Shown here piece by piece: positions 60,355-64,000 of a stretch of 64,000 bases of DNA (within the stretch, counting starts at the first letter, position 1; each line of letters begins with the position of its first letter). Below the pieces are notes generated by a model. That model saw nothing but the letters and a program-made list of their open reading frames with translations. It searched no databases and was not told the origin of the DNA. The stretch is from positions 10,232,001 to 10,296,000 of the forward strand of contig CM075996.1 in the NCBI GenBank assembly GCA_038087875.1, in the 5' to 3' direction. The DNA comes from Malacoraja senta (taxonomy: Eukaryota). The translations under genes and the position numbers were made by a program.

Positions 60355-60415
60355 CTGAAACTATGAGGCTGAGAAGTTGCAGAAGGCAGAGGATAGAGCA
60401 GCCAAAGTTCTTCAT
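60355..60415 (-). CDS. Signal-peptide exon (exon 1) of the CD2/SLAM-like gene (copy B)
   Basis: 61 nt, MKNFGCSILCLLQLLSLIVS G|gtaaaa, phase 1; joins the IgV exon as ...VS-A-QWPRD. Confidence 0.8.
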
Positions 60416-60469
60416 TATGTAGAGCAGCTGGCACTGTCAGCTTATTTAAATAACGGAATAGGGTCACGA

Positions 60470-61690
60470 ACAAACAATCTTCCTGATGTACTAGTGGCCA
60501 GAGGATCTAGGGTGACGGAGGAACTGAAGGAAATCCAATTATTATGCAGGAAATGGTTTTGGGTAGACTGATGGGAATGAAGGCTGATAAATCCCCAGGG
60601 CCTGATGGTCTGCATCCCAGGGTACTTAAAGAAGTGGCTCTAGAAATCATTTGTGATCATTTTCCAATGTTCAATAGATTCATGATCAGTTCCTGTGGAT
60701 TGGAGAGTAGCTAATTTTATCCCACTTTTTAAGAAAGGCAGGAGAGAAAAAACAGGGAATTATAGGCCAGTTAGTCTGCCATCGGTGGTGGGGAAGATGC
60801 TGGAGTCAATTGTAAAGATGAAATAGTGGCACATTTGGATAGCAGTAACTAGATCGGTCTGAGTCAGCATGGATTTACGAAGGGGAAATCCTGCTTGACT
60901 AATCTTCTGGAATTTTTTGAGGACGTAACTAGGAAAATGGACAAGGGAGAGCCAGTGAATGTATTGTACCTGGACACTCAGAAAGCATTTGATAAGGTCC
61001 CACATAGGAGATTAGTGGGCAAAATTAGAGCACATGATATTGGGGGGTAGGGTACTGACATGGATAGAAAATTGGTTGGCAGGCAGGAAACAAGAGTAGG
61101 GATTAACGGGTCTCTTTTAGAATGGCAGGCAGGAACCCAAGCCTCAGTGCTGGGTCCACAGCTATTTACAATATATATTAATGATTTGGATGAAGGGATT
61201 AAAAAAACATTAGCACATTTGCAGATGACACAAAGCTGGGTGGCAGTGTGAACTGTGAGGAGGATGCTATGAGGATGCAGGGTGACGTGGACAGGTTGGG
61301 TGAGTGGACAGATGCATGGCAGATGCAGCTTAATGTGGATAAATGTGAGGTTATCTGCTTTGGTGGGAAAAACAGGAAGGCAGATTATTATCTAAATGGC
61401 GTCAAGTTGGTAAAAGGGGAAGTACATTGAAATTTGGGACTCCTTGTTCGCCAGTCACGGAAACTTTTTCACGCAGAGAGTTGTGAATCTGTTGAATTCT
61501 CTGCCTCAGAAAGCAGTGGAGGCCAATTCTCTGGGTCCTTTCAAGAGGGAGTTAGATAGAGCTCTTAAAGAAAGCGGAGTCAGGGGATATGGGGAAAAGC
61601 AGGAACGGGGTACTGATTGTGGATGATCAGTGAATGGCGGTGCTGACTCGAAGGACCGAATGGCCTACTCCTGCACCTATTGCCTATTGT
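60470..61690 (+). mobile_element. Degenerate CR1 (RT region and 3' UTR, internal deletion)
   Basis: KSPGPDGLHPRVLKEVA; SVLGPQLFTIYINDLDEG; QMQLNVDKCEVI. Confidence 0.85.
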
Positions 61691-61744
61691 CTAAATAACT
61701 CCTGCCCAACTTGCCCTTTACGAGGATGTTGCCAGAACTTTTAA

Positions 61745-62750
61745 GAGGATGTTGCCAGAACTAGAGGGCATGAGCTATAGGCAGAGGTTGAGTAGGCTGG
61801 GACGCTATTCCTTGGAGAGCAGGAGGATGAGAGGTGATCTTGTAGAGGTGTATAAAATCATGAGAGGAATAGATCGGGTAGATGTGCAGAGTCTCTTGCC
61901 CAAAGTGGGTGGAACGAGGACCAGAGGACATAGGTTTATGGTGAAGGGGAAAAGATTTAATAGGAATCTGAGGGGTAACTTTTTCACGCAAAAGGTGGTG
62001 GGAGTATGGAACAAGCTGCCAGAGGATATAGTTGAGGAAGGATTTATCCCAACGTTTAAGAAACAGTTAGACAAGTACATGGATAGGACAGGTTAATAGC
62101 GATATGGGCCAAACGCAGGCAGGTGGGACGAGTGCAACTGGGACATGCTGGCCAGTGTTGGCAGGTTGGGCAGAAGGGCCTGTTTCCGCACTGTATCACT
62201 CTATGATTCTATAACCAAGATGTTCTATCTACTACCTGCCTGCATTTCGCCCATATACCTCTGAACTTTTCCAATCCATGTACAAATCCAAATGACTTTT
62301 AAATGTTGTTATTGTACCTCAGTTTACAAACAAATGAATATAATATGATGCAGAATGCAGGGTTGTAGAACACACTCTGCTGACTGGGACTAAGAACCCT
62401 ATACCCCCTCCCTCGACTCCGTCCAAGGCACCTTAACAGTCTTTTCAGGTGAGGCAGAGGTTCACGCACCTCCTCTAACCTCATCTACTGTATCCGCTGT
62501 TCCAGGTGTGGACTCCAATATATCGGCAGGACCAAGCGCAGGCTCGGCTATTGTTCCGCTGAACACCTCCGCTCAGTCGGCCTAAACCTACCTGATCTCC
62601 CGGTTGCCAAACACTTTTACTCCCCCTCCCATTCCCACACTGATCTTTTCTGACCTGGGCCTCCTCCATTATCAGAGTGAGGCCCAGCGCTAATTGGGGG
62701 AACAGCATCTCATATTTCGCTTGAGCAGCTTACACCGCAGCGGTATGATC
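61745..62750 (+). mobile_element. CR1 3' fragment plus Penelope fragment (duplication copy B, upstream block)
   Basis: ORF 61749-62096 (CR1 C-terminus); Penelope GIY-YIG sequence at about 62410-62750; paralogous to 11680-12500. Confidence 0.85.
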
Positions 62751-63559
62751 AGTGATGGAAATGGGAGGATACGCAGGGATACGGTGTTCCCCTAGATTTC
62801 AATTTCCATCTCGGGTTTAATGAGTATTGCAGAAAGATTCTCACTTTATTCAACTCAGACGAAAATGATTTGTTAACTGACACTGTTAGCACTTGTTATC
62901 AGCCAGTAGTTAACAGTAGTTATACAATGTGACATCAATACATCGATCCACATTCCTCAGTAAATGTAATTGTGTTTTAACACCGCGTTCCTTTGACTAA
63001 CATTCAAGGGAGAATTTCTTAAACTCACTGTCAGGGCTACCGGACCGCGAGCAAGGGCTCAGGTAAAGTCACATTATTTTATTATTCCACGTTATTTTCC
63101 CTGCCTCCCTGCCTCTCTGCCTCCGTGGCGCTCTCCGCTCTCCCCGCTCTCGAAAACTCAATGATGTATTTTGGGAGATATTTTGGAGTATGGAGATGCA
63201 TAAAATGTGCACATTTAAAAAATCAGGGATGATATACAAACCTTAAAAAGCAAATGATATGCTACATTTTGAAATGGGAAATAATGCTTAAGAAGCTAAT
63301 AGAAAACTTGTATAAATCATACTAGTTAAGAGGGAGAAGTATGAGTCAGAAAACAAGGCTCTAAATTTAAGTAAACTTTGGGACAGTGACGCAGAAGAGT
63401 AGACTATGCAGAGAATTGACAAACAATGTGAAATGTCCCAAGATCTTCTTGGTAATAGACCTGTACATTTTGAATTGAATTGAATTGAAATTATTTGTCA
63501 TTCAAAAATGAATGAAAATAAATGAATGTTATCCCTAACAACTAAGTTCAGGTATACAG

Positions 63560-64000
63560 TAACATGGATAAGGGAGAGTCAGTGGATGTAGTGTGCCTGG
63601 ACTTTCAGAAAGCCTTTGATAAGGTCCCACATAGGAGATTAGTGGGGAAAATCAGAGCACATGGTATTGGGGTTAGGGTATTGACATGGATAGGAAATTG
63701 GTTGGCAGACAGGAAACAAAGAGTAGGAATTAACAGTTCCCTTTCAGAATGGCAGGTAGTGACTAGTGGGGTGCCTCAAGGCTCAGTGCTGGGACCGCAG
63801 CTATTCACAATATATATTAATGATTTAGATGAAGAAATTAAAAGTAACATTAGCAAATTTGCAGATGACACAACGCTGGATGGCAATGTGAACAGGGTGA
63901 CTTGGATAGGTTGGGTGAGTGGGAGGATGCATGGCAGATGCAGTATAATGTGGATACCTGTGAGGTTATCCACTTTAGTAGCAAGAACAAGATGCAGAAT
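63560..64000 (+). mobile_element. CR1 RT fragment running off the window end
   Basis: DFQKAFDKVPH...GVPQGSVLGPQLFTIYINDLD...FADD. Confidence 0.85.

Larger units (their letters stand above)
57280..60470 (+). repeat. Segmental duplication copy B (paralogous to 6240-9130)
   Basis: Colinear unique sequence and shared Tc1 and Rex1 insertions. Confidence 0.9.

Noticed and set aside
62750..63480. Possible hAT-like left end (cagtgatgg...)
   Set aside because: No matching right TIR or transposase recognised; cannot be supported.

Overview
Eukaryotic, repeat-dense (mostly transposon-derived) genomic DNA, almost certainly from a cartilaginous fish (skate/ray-like; inferred from HE1-type V-SINEs, abundant CR1 and Penelope families). 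It has one 200-N assembly gap (5670-5869). Host-gene content: (i) a minus-strand CD2/SLAM/CEACAM-like two-Ig type-I membrane gene whose exons I reconstructed across about 18 kb (signal 60355-60415, IgV 53066-53364 with an apparent 1-bp frameshift, IgC2 45738-46007, TM 43392-43487, candidate short tail 42475-42503); (ii) the signal-peptide exon of a paralog at 9015-9075, within a segmental duplication offset by about 51 kb, so this is a tandem gene array; (iii) an internally deleted pseudogene of a fish septin/AIG1-like GTPase family (39367-39960); (iv) a TDP2-like exon-1 fragment inside a 4.3-kb TIR-bounded element with a 6-bp TSD (Pack-TIR-like gene capture). Mobile elements include a structurally complete DIRS element (RT/RH, Dam-like methyltransferase, tyrosine recombinase, ITRs and ICR), a young CR1 with an open 916-aa ORF2, Tx1 and L1 LINEs, Rex1-like LINE pieces, two paralogous IR/DR Tc1 copies, a deleted two-LTR endogenous retrovirus (tRNA-Ser PBS, 4-bp TSD), a BEL/Pao gag relic, Harbinger-type MITEs, foldback-like elements and many Penelope pieces carrying minimal hammerhead-ribozyme motifs. 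All calls come from reading the sequence by eye, without database searches. Repeat boundaries lacking TSD/TIR evidence are approximate.
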